From: Nemertoderma westbladi
Taxonomy: Eukaryota > Animalia > Xenacoelomorpha
NCBI GenBank assembly: GCA_032718475.1
Contig: JAUCBJ010004634.1
Coordinates: forward strand, 1 to 64,000
Direction: 5' to 3'
Length of the DNA: 64,000 bases
Position 1 is the stretch's first letter; each line of letters opens with the position of its first letter. Below the pieces are notes generated by a model. That model searched no databases. It was not told where the DNA came from and saw only the letters and a program-made list of their open reading frames with translations. Of this stretch, positions 62,201 through 64,000 are shown in pieces. The translations under genes and the position numbers were made by a program.

Positions 62201-63213
62201 ACTCCTTATCCTTTCTGCCATTTGTGACGGTACTACAGTCAGACACACATTGCACTCCTTATCCGTTCTGCCCTTGTACCGGTACTACAGTCAGACACAC
62301 ATTGCACTCCTTATCCTTTCTGCCTTTTGTGACGGTACTACAGTCAAACAGACATTGCACTCCTTATCCTTTCTGCCTTTTGTGACGGTACTACAGTCAG
62401 ACACACATTGCACTCCTTATCCTTTCTGCCTTTTGTGCCGGTACTACAGTCAGACACACATTGCACTCCTTATCCTTTCTGCCTTTTGTGACGGTACTAC
62501 AGTCAGACACACATTGCCCTCCTTATCCTTTCTGCTTTATGTGACGGTACTACAGTCAGACACACATTGCACTCCTTATCCTTTCTGCCCTTGTACCGGT
62601 ACTACAGTCAGACACACATTGCACTCCTTATCATTTCTGCCCTTTGTGATGGTACTACAGTCAGACACACATTGCACTCCTTATCCGTCCTGCCCTTTAT
62701 GACGGTACTACAGTCAGACACACATTGCACTCCTTATCCTTTCTTCCCTTGTACCGGTACTACAGTCAGACACACATTGCACTCCTTATACTTTCTGCCC
62801 TTTTAACGGTACTACAGTCAGACACACATTGCACTCCTTATCCTTTCTGCCCGCCTTTTAACGGTACTACAGTCAGACACACATTGCACTCCTTATCCTT
62901 TCTGCCTTTTGTGACGGTACTACAGTCAGACAGACATTGCACTCCTTATCCTTTCTGCCTTTTGTGACGGTACTACAGTCAGACACACATTACACTCCTT
63001 ATCCTTTCTTCCCTTGTACCGGTACTACAGTCAGACACACATTGCACTCCTTATACTTTCTGTCCTTTTAACGGTACTACAGTCAGACACACATTGCACT
63101 CCTTATCCTTTCTTCCCTTGTACCGGTTCAACAGTCAGACACACATGGCACTCCTTATCCTTTCTGTCCTCGTACCGGTACTACAGTCACACACACATTG
63201 CACTCCGTCCTTT
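59266..63213 (+). repeat. ~53-bp minisatellite array (~3.9 kb)
   Basis: (ggtactacagtcagacacacattgcactccttatcctttctgccctttgtgac)n with 50-58-bp variants. Confidence 0.97.
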
Positions 63214-63508
63214 CTAACTATAGAAACGGTAATACTGTACAGGAAGAAATTTATGAAATTATTAATGTAATTTACTTTACAAGTAATATGGTAGTAGGAT
63301 TTTTTTTTTCTCGATATGTATATTATAATTATCGCAAAAACGCACTAAATGATCAATAGGATATTGCTTGCAGTACAGATGGTAACAACTCCATTACACA
63401 GTTACAATGAGCAATAATTATGTAATATACAATACCATACCATACCACTCAAGTAATATGGTACCTCGCTTGTATGTTGTATGAAAAACTACTTTATTTT
63501 ACAAATAG

Positions 63509-63661
63509 ATCCATCCGTAAAGGTGCCTGGCAAACAAAAAGGGATGTTGTTGAGTATCTCGTTGGAGGGTCACCCTGTACTCCCCAGCTGGCAGCTGGTA
63601 ATTGCTAATGACTCCGAACAAGTTCATTTTGTGTGCGACAACTTTGGCATGGAAACTGAAA
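63509..63661 (+). CDS. Host gene exon: probable start of a further Ig-like domain; the gene continues past the window
   Basis: aatag|...|gtaagt, phase 1-1, ...NDSEQVHFVCDN. Confidence 0.65.
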
Positions 63662-64000
63662 GTAAGTAGTAACAACAAAATGTTAAGTTAATTGTTAGTT
63701 TTTATGATTTTAATTTTTTTACAACCGTAGATTTTTTATCCAATGATCTCATATTTTTCCGTTTATGAACATATTTATCGAAACTTTCCGCACAAAAGAT
63801 TCCGTTTATATCTTATAGATAGATAGATTTATTTATACTTTATGTAAAAAACAATAACAAATACACCAAACAATGTACCGGTATAAAGGTATTGTCCAAC
63901 ATAACATAAAGGAATACCCCTAAAGCTTTGCAGCTTATTTCCAAGGGGGTCCTTTATGTTTCTTGGTTACAAATACAATATTACACTACGCTAACCTAAA

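Noticed and set aside
59289-63217. Many overlapping ORFs (HSLSFLPFVTVLQSDTHCTPYPFC...)
   Set aside because: Artefacts of the 53-bp minisatellite, which lies in an intron between Ig exons.

Overview
Eukaryotic (metazoan invertebrate-like), AT-rich, repeat-dense DNA. (1) 1-10797: a BEL/Pao LTR retrotransposon. It has the end of the 5' LTR, a complete 1236-bp 3' LTR and a still-open gag-protease ORF with RT, most of RNase H and integrase deleted. A degraded extra zinc-knuckle ORF sits in the env position. (2) ~12.0/17.9 kb to beyond the window end: a + strand multi-exon host gene whose exon phases all join without stops. It encodes a mosaic extracellular protein: signal-like N-terminus, short Cys-rich modules, C-type lectin domain, EGF-like modules and at least four Ig-like domains. 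(3) The introns hold most of the mobile DNA. A 30-bp satellite contains an apparently full-length, intact CRE-type (RLE) non-LTR retrotransposon with an N-terminal Ulp1/SENP-type protease and a 3' tail made from the last exon and 3' UTR of a TRH/ETH-receptor-like GPCR. There is also a decayed Polinton/adintovirus-like segment (pPolB, degenerate dUTPase, orphan ORFs), a decayed hAT transposon, five RTE-clade fragments, several MITEs and HINE-like elements, and minisatellites. The best candidate for an undescribed system is the Ulp1-CRE element with the captured GPCR 3' end. All protein calls are from motif recognition by eye; no database searches were run.
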